64,000 nucleotides of DNA from Eledone cirrhosa (taxonomy: Eukaryota): positions 7,192,001 to 7,256,000 of the forward strand of contig OZ024753.1 in the NCBI GenBank assembly GCA_964016885.1, given 5' to 3'. Every line of letters begins with the position of its first letter. The first letter of the stretch is position 1. Below, piece after piece: positions 42,364-56,390 of this stretch. The notes beneath the pieces are model-generated. The model had not been told where the DNA came from. It made no database searches and worked only from the letters and a program-made list of their open reading frames with translations. Made by a program: the position numbers and the translations under genes.

Positions 42364-42386
42364 ATTTATATATTTATATAATTTAT

Positions 42387-42499
42387 CACTTTATTTCACG
42401 TTGCTCTTTCTATATGGAGTTGCGAGCGATAGATAGTATTAGCAATTGGGAAGACCAATGGAAACATTGTTTCCTCGGTCCGATTTGAGGAAAGTCGAA
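42387..42499 (+). mobile_element. 5'-truncated CORE-type SINE
   Basis: Matches the 3' half of 25345-25548. Confidence 0.8.
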
Positions 42500-42980
42500 C
42501 GTACACCAGGTCCGAACACGGAAGAGCCAAACACCCGTTGTCATCGCCTCCATCTGTCTCCCCCCCCCCCTATCTCTCACGTACACCAGGTCCGAACACG
42601 GAAGAGCCGAACTCCCACTGTCATCACCTCCATCTCTGTGGCCCCTCGCCATCTCTCACGTACACCAGGTCCGAACACGGAAGAGCCGAACTCCCACTGT
42701 CATCACCTCCATCTCTGTGGCCCCTCCCCATCTCTCACGTACACCAGGTCCGAACACGGAAGAGCCGAACTCCCACTGTCATCACCTCCATCTCTGTGGC
42801 CCCTCGCCATCTCTCACGTACACCAGGTCCGAACACGGAAGAGCCGAACTCCTACTCTGTCATCGGCTCCATTTCTCTCTCCCCCCCCTCGCCCCTATCT
42901 CTCCGCATGGTGGGCAAATGGGCTCCCACGTGTTGGCGTTTTCCCGGAGGATGGTAAGGAAAGATGCGCTGTCGAATAAC
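42500..42980 (-). repeat. 5 x 79-80-bp tandem array formed from the 3' terminus of the CRE-like LINE
   Basis: GTACACCAGG at 42501, 42581, 42660, 42739 and 42818; unit is the reverse complement of about 31760-31830. Confidence 0.88.
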
Positions 42981-43396
42981 TTATCACCACATTTTCCCAT
43001 CGTTCCGACTTCATTTTAGTATTTTATATTTTCACTTTGGTTTATATTTCTACTTAACTTTATATTTTTACTAATTTTATTTTTCTTCTTACATCTAACT
43101 CCTTTCTTTCGCTGTTTTCTTCTTAAGATATATTGCTACTGTAAACATTCAGCGCAGTCTATCTTCCAGCATGTATGTAACCTACTCATTAATTTAATAA
43201 GTACAAGGTGTCAAAACTTTTATCAGAATGTTCGATCAATTAATTTCAACGATCTCATTTGAAATTAAACTAATTCACATGTACAACATAACACATTCAT
43301 GCACACACTGTACACTGGACACTGCTATTAATATATATAATTCTAGATACACACATAGCCATAAATCCATATATATATATATATATATATATATGC

Positions 43397-43461
<65 letters not shown>

Positions 43462-43473
43462 TATATATATGCA

Positions 43474-43505
<32 letters not shown>

Positions 43506-43523
43506 CACACACCCGCGCACACA

Positions 43524-43562
<39 letters not shown>

Positions 43563-43726
43563 TATTCATATGTATATATATATACATACATATATATACA
43601 TATATATAAATATACATATATAAATACACACACACACATATCTATACATATATATAAATATACATATATAAATACACACACACACATATCTATATATATA
43701 TATATATATATATATATCTATGCATG

Positions 43727-43896
<170 letters not shown>

Positions 43897-44453
43897 TATG
43901 TATATATATATACATATATATGTATATATATATATATATACCTATATATACGTGTATATATATATATATATAATTTATCTATTTATCTATTTTTGTATCT
44001 CTCTATATATATACATATATATATATATATAATTTATCTATCTATCTATTTTTGTATCTCTCTCTATATATACATATATATACATATATATATATATATA
44101 TACATGTATATATATAGAGAGATACAAAAATAGATAGATAGATAAATTGATAGATAAATAGATAGGTCTATATGTGTTCATGTATGTTTGTAAACATATA
44201 TATATGTATATATTCGTTTTGATAGCTTTAGTTTGGGGACTGCGGCCATCCTGAAGCATTTCCTTTAAGTATTTAATTCTGTTTAGTGTTTATAACATCG
44301 ACCGCCCTTTATTAAAATACTGGATTTCGGGATTTAATGAACACAGCATAATATGTATGGGTTTTTTTATGTAAACATAAGCTCACATGTACCTTTATCT
44401 ATCTATCTATCTATCTCTGTATATTTATTTTATTTTTATATATTGTTATTGCC

Positions 44454-45088
44454 TCCTCCTTATTGAGGACGCCTTGTTATGTAAACTCCCCAATAGTACT
44501 TGTCCCACTTTTGATGCCCTGGTGGCAAATAAAAGAAACATATCTATCTCTCTATATAAACCTGTGGTTGAGGAAGATAAACAGAGGGAAGACAGGAACA
44601 CCTACAAAATATGTTCCTGGTGTTTAGGGTTGTTCTATCCACGGGGTGTAAAACAACCCTGCAGTAACGTTCCCCCCTATTGGGGATTTCAATTGTTATT
44701 TTATTAATTATATATAGTTTATTATTATTTGTTAATGTTGAAGTTATTTTTATATAAAAACCCCGCCATCACGTCTTGTAATGTCCCATTTGTGTACGCC
44801 CCTGTGGCAAATAAAGAAAGATATCTATCTATCTATCTAGGTTGAGGAAAAGGAGGAGGAGAGGAAAGGAGTACAAGCTCTTCGTACTCCTGGAGATGAG
44901 GGTTGCACATTTTTTTTCGGGGGTATGTGTTACCCATATAAACTGTCTCCCTCTATTGGGGAAAATCGACTAACTTTTAAATTCCATCTGTGATAACATT
45001 TTACACGTTTTTATTGTATGTAAACTTCCCCCTTTGTATTTGTCCCCTTCTTTTGTGCCCCTGTGGCTAATAAAGAAATATATCATAT
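44454..45088 (+). mobile_element. Three stacked 3'-UTR fragments of Tx1/L1-like LINEs
   Basis: Each ends GCCC(C)TG(G)TGGC.AATAAA(A)GAAA plus an ATCT-type tail and carries the TCCCC-yyTATT-GGGGA hairpin shared with 21298-22690. Confidence 0.65.
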
Positions 45089-45105
45089 AAGAAAGAAGGG
45101 GTGGT

Positions 45106-45284
45106 AAGATACCAGGTGGACCATAACGCACCAGAGTACTCAATACTTAGGGTAATAGAGTGGGTAATAGGAAAAGAGTGAGGGCTCCGACGACTGAGCT
45201 TCGGCCGTTTCGACAGCTAGATACGAACTGTTTGGATCTAGCAGTCGAAACGGCCGGAGCTCAGCTGTCGGGGTCATGACTCTT
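45106..45284 (-). mobile_element. Family A element with fold-back (about 45187-45272)
   Basis: Tail on the minus strand; hairpin centred on GACAGCTAGATACGAACTGTTTGGATCTAGCAGTC. Confidence 0.72.
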
Positions 45285-45437
45285 GTCATATCTATTTATG
45301 TAACTATATATATGCGTGTGTGTGTGTGTGAGTGATTTTGTGTATGTGTGTGCATATTACAAGACAAAGCTAAGTAGAAGCCGGCGTCACGACACGGGGG
45401 AAACGAAATTGGTATCAGGTGGCTTTTATTTGACACT

Positions 45438-45478
<41 letters not shown>

Positions 45479-45964
45479 GTGTATATATATATAGATATAT
45501 ATATATACATATATATACATACATATATATACATATATATACATACATATGTATATGCATATATATGTATATACATATATATACATACACATATATACAT
45601 ACACATATATACATATATATACATACATATATTTACATACATATATATACATATATTTACATACATACATATACATACATATATATACATATATTTACAT
45701 ACATACATATACATACATATATATATATATATATACATACATACATATACATATTTACATACATCTATATACATACATACATATATATAGATATATATAT
45801 ACATACATACATATATATACATATAATATAATACATACATACATACATATATATAGATATATATATACATACATACATATATATACATATAATATAATAC
45901 ATACATACATACATATATATACATATATATACATATAATATATATATAATATAATATATATATA

Positions 45965-46019
<55 letters not shown>

Positions 46020-46123
46020 CATACATATATATACATATATATATATATAAATACATACATATATATATATATAAATACATACATATATATACATATATAT
46101 ATATATAAATACATACATATATA

Positions 46124-46221
<98 letters not shown>

Positions 46222-46618
46222 TATACACATATACACACACATATATACACATATATACATATATAACTTAAATAAATTTCATTAACGAATTGATTAATGT
46301 CTTATAGATTTATTCATTAACACTGATTAAGTTTTCCGTGTAAGTTGTATAAAAATTTATTCTTTATTTTTTTAATTTTCCTTACTTTTCGTTCTCTGTC
46401 TTTGAAGAAAATATTCTTACCTTCTTTTTTCTCTTAAATTTGTTTCGTTTCGTTTGATTCTGTTTTCTTTTTAATTTTTATGTTTGATTGCTCTTATAAT
46501 TTATTTAAATTTTCTTTCTAGTTGTTGCTAGAGTTTTTTTTTTAGATTTAACATGTGATTTTACCAGGATTTTAGTTCAACGTTTATATGTATGTATCTC
46601 TCTTTCACACACACACAC

Positions 46619-46704
<86 letters not shown>

Positions 46705-46868
46705 ATATATATATGTATATTTATACATATAAATATGTATACACATATGTGGGTGGTGTATTTATTTAGATATGTAAATAAATACACCACACACATATGT
46801 ATATATATGTAGATACACACACACATACATATATCTATGTATATAAACATATACATATATATATATAT

Positions 46869-46903
<35 letters not shown>

Positions 46904-46953
46904 CTTATATATATGTATATATATATACACATACTTATATATATACATATATA

Positions 46954-46995
<42 letters not shown>

Positions 46996-47454
46996 TATAT
47001 ATACACACTTATATAAATATATATACTTATATATATATATATATACTTATATATATATACACACATATATATATATACATATACATATATGTATATATTC
47101 GTTTCATATATCTTTATTCGTTTTTTTTTAATTTTGATGTTACAAAAATCAACATAATAATATACATTAAATAAAAATATATAATAAATGATTAAAAGAA
47201 ATATGTAAACATAAAAATTGAAATAAAAAAGCAAAGTTGGAACGTTAAGTTTTCAGAAACTAGATTACACACTAAATAACATCACCTTGAATTAAAACAG
47301 AAAATAAAATGGCGATTATAATTATTTGTTGAATACGCCATTTTGTACCCTATAATCCTCTATCATTTTCTCACCTATAATTAACATGCAATGACCACGT
47401 TTGTATATTCATTAATAATAAATTATTAGGTAACTACTTGTGTATGTCCCTGTG

Positions 47455-47529
<75 letters not shown>

Positions 47530-47557
47530 TGTTGTGCATGCGTGTGTGAATATATAC

Positions 47558-47595
<38 letters not shown>

Positions 47596-47640
47596 GTGTG
47601 TGTGTATATATATATATACATACAGACACACATTCACGCA

Positions 47641-47705
<65 letters not shown>

Positions 47706-47855
47706 AGGGAGTGTAACTCGAGCGTTACTATAGGGTCACCCAGGTGTGCAATGGATGTTTAGGTTCACGTTGGTATTGAGGTGTAGAGCTAGACAGAGTG
47801 TAATATAATAATAATACAAAGATGAATGGTTAAGCCTTCATTACGTTAATTGGTT

Positions 47856-47940
47856 GGTGACACGTGTTTCGCTATTGATCAGCTCAAGGTTCGATCTGTA
47901 TTGATTTAGCCCGACTCTGTAATCAATGGCTCGTCGGACC
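47856..47940 (-). ncRNA. Complete type I HHR motif, U4C variant with long helix II (family C, element 47701-47958)
   Basis: Minus strand: GGU-CCGACGA-GCCAUUGAUUA(loop)UGAUCAAUAGC-GAAA-CACGUG-UC-ACC. Confidence 0.8.
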
Positions 47941-48110
47941 TCTTTGGTAGTAATGAGAGAATATATATATACATATATATATATATATACATACAGACAG
48001 TCACACACATAAATATATATATAGTTGATAAATGAAACAAACGATACGCAAGAGGCAGTTTTAACCCAGTTATATATATTAGGTTCACGCTTGGTGGAAG
48101 TGCAGAACGT

Positions 48111-48145
48111 CTTGACGTTTCGGACAGAAGTCCTTCTTCGGGAAT
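48111..48145 (-). ncRNA. Minimal HHR motif, family B (U4C)
   Basis: Minus strand: CCGAAGA-A-GGAC(uucu)GUCC-GAAA-CG-UC-AAG. Confidence 0.7.
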
Positions 48146-48302
48146 GTTCGGATAGGGGCAAAAACAGATACACGAAAGAGTAGTTAGAGAAGGTTAGGGA
48201 AAGAAATTATATTGAAATAAGTAATAAAATCATTTATATTTAACAAAGAGTTACGAAATTTAGTACATAAATTATGTAATATTCATTTATTATTTATTCA
48301 AA

Positions 48303-48932
48303 TCCTCGGCGGGATTATGATAAGGGTTCAAATCCCGCCGAGGTTAACTTTGCCTTTCATCCTTACGGGGTCGATAAAATAAAGTACCAGTAATGCACTG
48401 GAGTTGATTTAATCGACTTTCCCCTTCACCGAAAATAGCTGGTCTTGTGCCTATATAAGAAACCCTTATTTATTCAAAGTAATCCAACTTATTTTACTAA
48501 AGGGATAAAAAAAGTATATTCAGGACAGAGTTCGGCACCCTTTATTATATTATGATTTACTTTGGGACGACTACATTTAAATTTCTAATATTCTGAAAGG
48601 TTCTTATGTCAAAAGGCTGATACCAGTTAAATATAAATACACACACATGCTGACACATGCACACACACACGTACAAACAAACACACTCACTGACACACAC
48701 ACCTGATGATGAGGATGATGTTCAGAATGATGATGATGGTGATAATAATTGTTTCTACTTTTGTCACAAGGCCAGCAATTATCCCAGTGCATTACTGGTA
48801 CTTTAGTTTACCGACCCCCGTAAGGATGAAAGGCAAAGTTAACCTCGGCGCGATTTGAACTCAGAATGACAAGGGCCGTAACTCTATGCGTCAAAGCATG
48901 GCGTCCCAACCCGCTACCGATACTGCCAATCC
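48303..48932. mobile_element. Two Meta-type SINEs: 48325-48470 (+, with 5' micro-inversion) and 48745-48932 (-)
   Basis: Family core sequences. Confidence 0.85.
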
Positions 48933-48934
48933 AT

Positions 48935-49048
48935 CAATGATGATGATGTTGATGGTCTTGAAGATGTTGATGGTGTTGAAGATGACGGTGGTGATGAAGA
49001 TGATGATGATGATGAAGATGGTGGAGATAATGGTGATGATGGTGGTGT

Positions 49049-49084
<36 letters not shown>

Positions 49085-49275
49085 CGGTGGTGAGGTTGAT
49101 GATGATGATGATGATGATGTCGATGGTGGTGATGCCGGTGGCGGTTGTGATGATGATGGTGATGAAGACTATATCGATGATGACGACGACGACGATTCTT
49201 TTTTTTTTTTGTTGTTATTGTTGTTGTTGTTTTAATGTTAATTTCTGGGTGTGATTGTGATGATGATTGTTATGA
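48935..49275. repeat. (GAT)n/(GGT)n low-complexity tract
   Basis: Directly visible. Confidence 0.9.
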
Positions 49276-49955
49276 ACACGAACATGCTCTCTGGTGATGT
49301 TATTGCCGAGTAACTACGAGTAATTATTTCAATTTTTATATTTAAAAAATCTAATTCTCCTCCTTGTGCGTGTGAAAGATAGCAATCTCATTTAAAAATC
49401 GTAAACGTGTAAAAAAAAAATGTACACATTTAGAAATTATTTTGAATATTTTTCTTCTTTTTTTGAGAAAGTACTTCAGGAAATGTTCAATTTGTATGTT
49501 TCATTGATTATCTCCTAAGCAATCACCCTTACCTAATATACTAAAGTTCCCATTACTTTAGATGTCTCACTCCTTATCTCTCCCAGCCACCTCTCTCTCG
49601 CTCTCTCACTCACTCTTCTCAATCGATAATCGATGTATCTATCTCTCATCTGTATACCCTTCACTACCCCTCCCTGTCACTTTTTACTTTCTGACTTTTC
49701 CTTACGTATTACCAGTTCAATTTAATTAATATGTTTGAAATAATTGATTTACATGCTTAAATCTACCTGGAAATACCTATAAACATATATCATGTAATTA
49801 ATATCCTATGGTGTTAATTATAGAGCAAAGGTTATTGAGTCATTGTGAAATGTCAGCCTTTTCTTGCCGAAAGTCAAATGAAATTAAATATCTGATTTTC
49901 AAATGATTTCGAAAATATAGGAAAATTTTGAGTGATTTAATAATACAGACAGATA

Positions 49956-50012
<57 letters not shown>

Positions 50013-50024
50013 TTTTTTTTTAAA

Positions 50025-50240
50025 CGATCGACTTTTTTGTCAAATCGGACCGAGGGAACAATGTTTCCGTTGGTCTTTCCAATTGCTAATACTATCTATC
50101 GGTCGCAACTCCAGGTAGAAGGAGCAACGTGAAATAAAGTGTCTTGCTCAAGGACATAACGCATCGCCTGGTCCAGGAATCGAACTCACAACCTTACGAT
50201 TGCGAATACAATTCTCTAACCACTCAGCCACACGCCTTCA
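50025..50240 (-). mobile_element. Full-length CORE-type SINE
   Basis: Reverse complement of the family at 25345. Confidence 0.88.
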
Positions 50241-50276
50241 CAATATATATATATACATATATATATATACATATAC

Positions 50277-50515
<239 letters not shown>

Positions 50516-50520
50516 ACTGT

Positions 50521-50632
50521 CAAATAGCCGGAGCTCAGCCGTCGGGGTCCGGAATCTTTTTACATTACCCACTCTACTACCCCAAGTCTCGAGTATTCTG
50601 GTGCATTATGGTCCACCTGGTATCTTACAACA
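50521..50632 (+). mobile_element. Family A element, internally deleted
   Basis: AAATAGCCG-GAGCTCAGCCGTCGGGGTC..CCACTCTACTACCCC..GGTGCATTATGGTCCACCTGG. Confidence 0.65.
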
Positions 50633-50639
50633 CACTCTT

Positions 50640-50684
<45 letters not shown>

Positions 50685-50699
50685 TCTTTGTGTGTGTGC

Positions 50700-50731
<32 letters not shown>

Positions 50732-50864
50732 ATATATATATATTTTATATACATACACATAATATATATATATATATATATATATATACAAAGACTGATA
50801 GAAAGGTAGAAGTGTGTGACCGTCTTTATAAATATGCGCATTTGTATGTGTGTATGTATATATG

Positions 50865-50943
<79 letters not shown>

Positions 50944-51083
50944 CTATGTATATATATATTTTATATATATATATGTATGTATATATATATATTTTATATA
51001 TATATATGTATGTATATATATATATATATGTATGTATATATATATATATATGTATATATATGTATATATACATACATACACAC

Positions 51084-51194
<111 letters not shown>

Positions 51195-51375
51195 AAGATA
51201 GCACTCACAAGTAACAAGTAACAACTATTTTAATCTAGTAACTCGAAATATTTCTCACAAACTTTTCTTATGGAAAAAACATGTTGAATTGTAGCAACAC
51301 CACTGCCACCACTCTCCAGTTACATATACATACATACATAAAACATATATCTATACATATACACACACACATATA

Positions 51376-51481
<106 letters not shown>

Positions 51482-51597
51482 AATATATATATACATATAT
51501 TTATATATATATATAAATTTGTATATGAATGCAAGTTGTATATATAAAATTTGCATACGTATATATATATCTATATATATGTGTGTGTGTGTGTGTA

Positions 51598-51651
<54 letters not shown>

Positions 51652-51709
51652 TACATATATACACATGTGTATATACACATGTACACACACACATATTTCT
51701 ATATATGTA

Positions 51710-51797
<88 letters not shown>

Positions 51798-52308
51798 GTA
51801 TATATACATATATGTACCTCTTGGATCTTCTCTCTTTTTAACACTCATCTTAAAATTCTGTTTTCCGCCAAATCCGATCAGGAACACGAGTGAATGTGTC
51901 AAGATTTAATTTGCTCTAACACCTCTTTAGACAGAGGTGTCACGAGTGAAATGTACTTTGCTAGTGTTAGTTTGGAAAGGTTTTAAGTTTTAATTCAAAG
52001 AGAAGGGAATTACCGCTGCAATATATGTCGTATTGCGTTCCTGCGTTAATTAATATCTAGTAAAGTGTTTTGATTTTTTCGATAGAAGACCCTCGTGGTG
52101 TGATTGCCATACTAATAAGGTGTTAAGCTATGGGAATCCATCTCATAAGATCAAACTTACTACTAGCTTTCTAGTATTTCGTTGTACATTCTTCAGTTCT
52201 AAACGTGATATTTATTTTAATTGCTTACTAGTTTTCGGAGGCGTAAAGTAGTAGTCAATACAGCATCGGATAGCACTCCCTGCAACATTTCTCCCCATCA
52301 TTTTCTCA

Positions 52309-53290
52309 TTTGAGTTCGAATCCCACCGGGGTCAATTTCACCTGTCATTATTTCCAATCAAAAAGGGCGGTGGATTGGCAGTATCGGTAGAGGGTCGGAC
52401 GCTTTGCTTTGCAGCACAGTTACGTCCCTTTATGGACTGGGTTCAAATCCCGCCGAGGTTAACTTTGCCTTTCATCCTTACGGGGTCGATAAAATAAAGT
52501 ACCAGTAATGTACTGGGTAATTGCTGGCCTTGTGCCAAAAGTAGAAACAATTATTTCCAATCAAAAAGGGCGGTGAATTGGCAGTATCGGTAGAGGGTCG
52601 GCGCGACGCCATGCTTTGACGCAGAGTTACGGCCCTTGCCATTCTAAGTTCAAATCCCGGCGAGGCTAACTTTGCCTTTCATCCTTACGGGGTCGATAAA
52701 ATAATGTACCAGTAATCTACTGGGATAATTGCTGGCCTTGTGCCAAATGTAGAAACAATTATTTCCAATCAAAAATGACGGTGGATTGGCAGCAAAGGTC
52801 TCTACCTATGCAGCCAATCGGACGCCATGTTTTGCAGCATAGAATTACGGCCCTTTACAGTCTGAGTTCGAATCCCACCGGGGACAACTTCACCTGTCAT
52901 TATTTGAAATCAAATAATGACAGGTCAGTGGATTGGCAGTATCGATAGAGGGTCGGACGCCATGCTTTGACGCATAGAGTTACGGCCCTTGCCATTCTGA
53001 GTTCAAATCCCGCCGAGGTTGACTTTGCCTTTCATCCTTACGGGGTCGATAAAATAAAATACCAGTAATGCACTGGAAATTGCTGGCCTTGTGCCTAAAG
53101 TAGAACAATTATTTGAAATCAAAAATGGCGGTGGATTGGCAGCATAGGTGAAGGCGCATGGCTTAGTGGTTAGAGCATTGGGCTTGCAATCGAAAGGTTG
53201 TGAGTTCAATTCTCGGACCGCGTTATGTGTTGTTTCCTTGAGCAAGATACTTTATTTCACGTTGCTTCAGTTTACTCAGCTGTAGAAAGG
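52309..53290 (+). mobile_element. SINE hotspot: tandem Meta-type SINEs separated by a recurrent linker, then a CORE-type SINE (53147-53290)
   Basis: Linker TTATTT(CC/GA)AATCAAA at about 52348, 52551, 52759, 52899 and 53109. Confidence 0.87.
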
Positions 53291-53401
53291 AGATGATAAG
53301 ACTAGGGGTCCCTATTATTAAATTACCCAAGACACCTCCAACGAGATATACCTTGGAGGAGGCCAGCTAAACCTGCATAGGTGTGAGCTGTCACACACAT
53401 A

Positions 53402-53730
53402 GGTAGAGGGTCGGAAGCCATGCTTTGCAGCATAGAGTTACGGCCCTTCATGATCTGAGTTCAAATTCCGTCGAGGTTAACTTTGCCTTTCATCCTCACG
53501 GGGTCGGTTTTAATTTCATTTATTAGGAATTTAATTAGTATTAATTGTTCTACTTTTGGCACAAGGCCATCAATGATCCCAGTGCATTACTGGTACTTTA
53601 TTTTATCGCCCCGTAAGGATGAAAGGTAAAGGTAAACTCGACGGAATATGAACGCAGATCATAAAGGGACCTAACTCTAAACTCTATGCTTGAAAGCATG
53701 GAGTCCGACCCTCTAGCAATACTGCCAATT
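53402..53730. mobile_element. Tail-to-tail Meta-type SINEs: 53402-53507 (+) and 53541-53730 (-)
   Basis: Family core sequences. Confidence 0.82.
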
Positions 53731-54152
53731 ATCCATATGCTTTGCTCTTTAGCTAACTGTTAGACCTGGCACACTCACTTTCACTCTACTACATTCCTTG
53801 ATTCTCAGAGGCTGATTTTACCGCCATTAGAGATAGTTGTAAAGAATTCTCTCTTAACGCATGTCCGGCTGGCATCCATAGGTCAGAATGTCCTCTTATT
53901 CCCTCTCCTTTGTTCTACCGGCCAGTGTAGCCACCGCCCCCGTCGCTATGAAGGGCTTTAACCATGTATATGACATCCCAAATCATTGACCACTCCCCGT
54001 GTAAGACGAGAAAAACAACATTTTTGCCACAGCTTGAGGTCGGACCTGCGTAAAGACCTGCAAACCCGCCTCTTCATTGCTGTAGTGGATTATATATATA
54101 TAAAAACCCGTACGGCAAGTATTTCGTTTGACTATATATATATTTATATATA

Positions 54153-54360
54153 TAGGAAAAAGTATGACCCCGACGGCAGAGCTCAAGCCGTTTCGACGGC
54201 TATTTCTGGTTTTTAGTCTTACTCTAGAAATAGCCGTCGAAACGGCTTGAGCTCTGCCGTCGGGGTCATACTTTTTACTATTTCCCACTCTACTACCCGA
54301 AGTATTGAGTATTCTGGTGCGTTATGGTCCATCTGGTTCCTTACCACAATTCCTTTGTTA
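54153..54360 (+). mobile_element. Family A element with perfect 51-bp fold-back (54157-54207 and 54226-54276)
   Basis: Direct comparison. Confidence 0.8.
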
Positions 54361-54573
54361 TATAGATATATGTGTGTGTGTGTGTGTGTGTTTGTATAGA
54401 TATATATATATATAGAGAGAGATTTTGAGTATATGTTGGTTGCTTACCAACACCTCAGTATGCAGGCTGGAGCACTCGACGAAGTGCGCAGGTTGGTTTG
54501 GTTACTCCGGAGTAATGTAAAATAAAGTTAAATAAAAAGTCAAATGTTTAAAATTTAGCTTCGTTTATTACTG

Positions 54574-54640
<67 letters not shown>

Positions 54641-55025
54641 CAGGCGAAACGAATTCCTTTTGTTTCCAGTATAATAGGCGGATTATTATTGCAACGAAAC
54701 ACCGGTGCAGCTTGATAAAGGGTTATGATTATAGTGCAGTGAAATAACATAATAACTTGCAAATAGCTAAGAACCTCTGTCTGGTGATATCGTGACATCT
54801 CAGTATGTTGCAGGATATCTGAAAACTTCTATAGTATTACAGTGAATTTTTCAACGGTCACGAACAATAACAGTAATGGAATTGTTCGTTACTCATGGCT
54901 TTTCTGCGATATACATCAAGATTTATTTGAGCTGAGAAGACGTGATAAAAAAATATATATATATTTACAAACACGCACACATATTCAAACATTTACACAG
55001 ACAAACACACACAGAAAGACGTGCT

Positions 55026-55103
<78 letters not shown>

Positions 55104-55177
55104 TATTGAAATTTCCGTTGAAAACAGAAAGGGTCATAGAAGTGAAGAGTGCTCTATGTAAGTATCAGAGCAAAATT

Positions 55178-55417
55178 TAATGTATAAAAATCAATACAAT
55201 ATAATTACCTCATTACCAGAGGTTTCCCGAATGAGGCGAATACGAAAGAAACGTCTTTTTTGTTTTTTTTGCTTTTCTTGATGAGACTTTCCAAGTATTT
55301 ACCCATGTTTTATATTGCCTCGTCTGACGAACGAATGAAGACGTTTCTTTCGTATTCGCCTCATTCGGGAAACCTCTAGTAATGAGGTAATTATATTGTA
55401 TTGATTTTTATACATTA
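55178..55417. repeat. 80-bp inverted repeat (1 mismatch, 80-nt spacer) overlapping an HHR motif at 55324-55389 (+)
   Basis: CUGACGA-ACGAAUGA(..)UCAUUCGG-GAAA-CCUC(uaguaau)GAGG-UA; helix I is weak. Confidence 0.8.
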
Positions 55418-55435
55418 TATATATATATATATATA

Positions 55436-55600
55436 TTTAATATAGAAATGGCTTCTACAGGACTAGAACTGTTTCATTTGATTTCTCCCAAATCAAACAC
55501 TTCTAGTCCTGTAGAAGCCATTTCTGTATTAAATATTTATATTCTACCATGCATTGAGTTTCTTAATTACTGTGGTTACCCGCAATTGAACCCGGGTTAA
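55436..55600 (+). mobile_element. Family D element with fold-back at helix II (arms 55436-55474 and 55495-55533); a further rearranged copy lies at 55818-55890
   Basis: TTCTACAGGACTAGAACTGTTTC and its complement flank TTTGATTT-CTCCC-AAATCAAA. Confidence 0.72.
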
Positions 55601-55890
55601 ATTTATATAGATTATATCGTTGCTTTGTTGTATTATGTGGCTAGGCACGCTTGTCGCAGTTTTCAACTTGTCACGCTATCTAACGTATGTTTCATTACTC
55701 TTAAGGTGATACATCGTTATTGAGTGCTTTGCACAAACCTAATTGTATCTCGTTAGCTTGACCACCGCAAAAGCTTTGATTTTATAACCTTCCATGTATA
55801 TATATTTATATATATATAAGTTTTAATATAGATGAGATTCTACAGGACTAGAACTGTTTCATTCTTTAGAAAGGTTACCGGAATAACGTA

Positions 55891-55935
<45 letters not shown>

Positions 55936-55990
55936 GTGAGGTTTTTTTTACAAATTGAAAAATAACCGAGGTGTCCTACACGAGTGAAAG

Positions 55991-56283
55991 TATAAAGAAA
56001 AGGAGATGAAATCGAAAATGCAACTGGAGTCTTATTTTTTTTTTAAATATATATATTTATTTGCTTCCTTTACCGGTTTCACAGTTCTTCTGCTTTTCAA
56101 AAGTAGAGTTGAGATGGAGGGTCTGTGGTTTTTCTCACAGATGTGAGAAAAACCACAGACCCTCCATCTCAACTCTACTTTTGAAAAGCAGAAGAACTGT
56201 GAAACCGGTAAAGGAAGCAAATAAATATATATATTTAAAAAAAAAATAAGACTCCAGTTGCATTTTCGATTTCATCTCTTTTT

Positions 56284-56290
<7 letters not shown>
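55991..56290. repeat. Palindrome with 149-bp arms, 2-nt spacer and one mismatch; U3-A8 HHR motif on each strand (56178-56213 +, 56068-56103 -)
   Basis: Centre TCTCACA-GA-TGTGAGA; CUU-UUGAAAA-GCAG(aagaa)CUGU-GAAA-CCGG-UA-AAG. Confidence 0.93.
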
Positions 56291-56365
<75 letters not shown>

Positions 56366-56390
56366 GTGTGTGCGTATATATATATATGTG

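Noticed and set aside
42446-43019. 177-aa repetitive ORF
   Set aside because: Product of the 79-bp array, antisense to a LINE 3' UTR.
54709-54772. UUGAUAA followed by a hairpin, possible U3-A8 HHR
   Set aside because: GAAA and the UH site are not intact; too degenerate to support.
56032-56249. Near-identical 62-aa ORFs on both strands
   Set aside because: A direct consequence of the palindrome.
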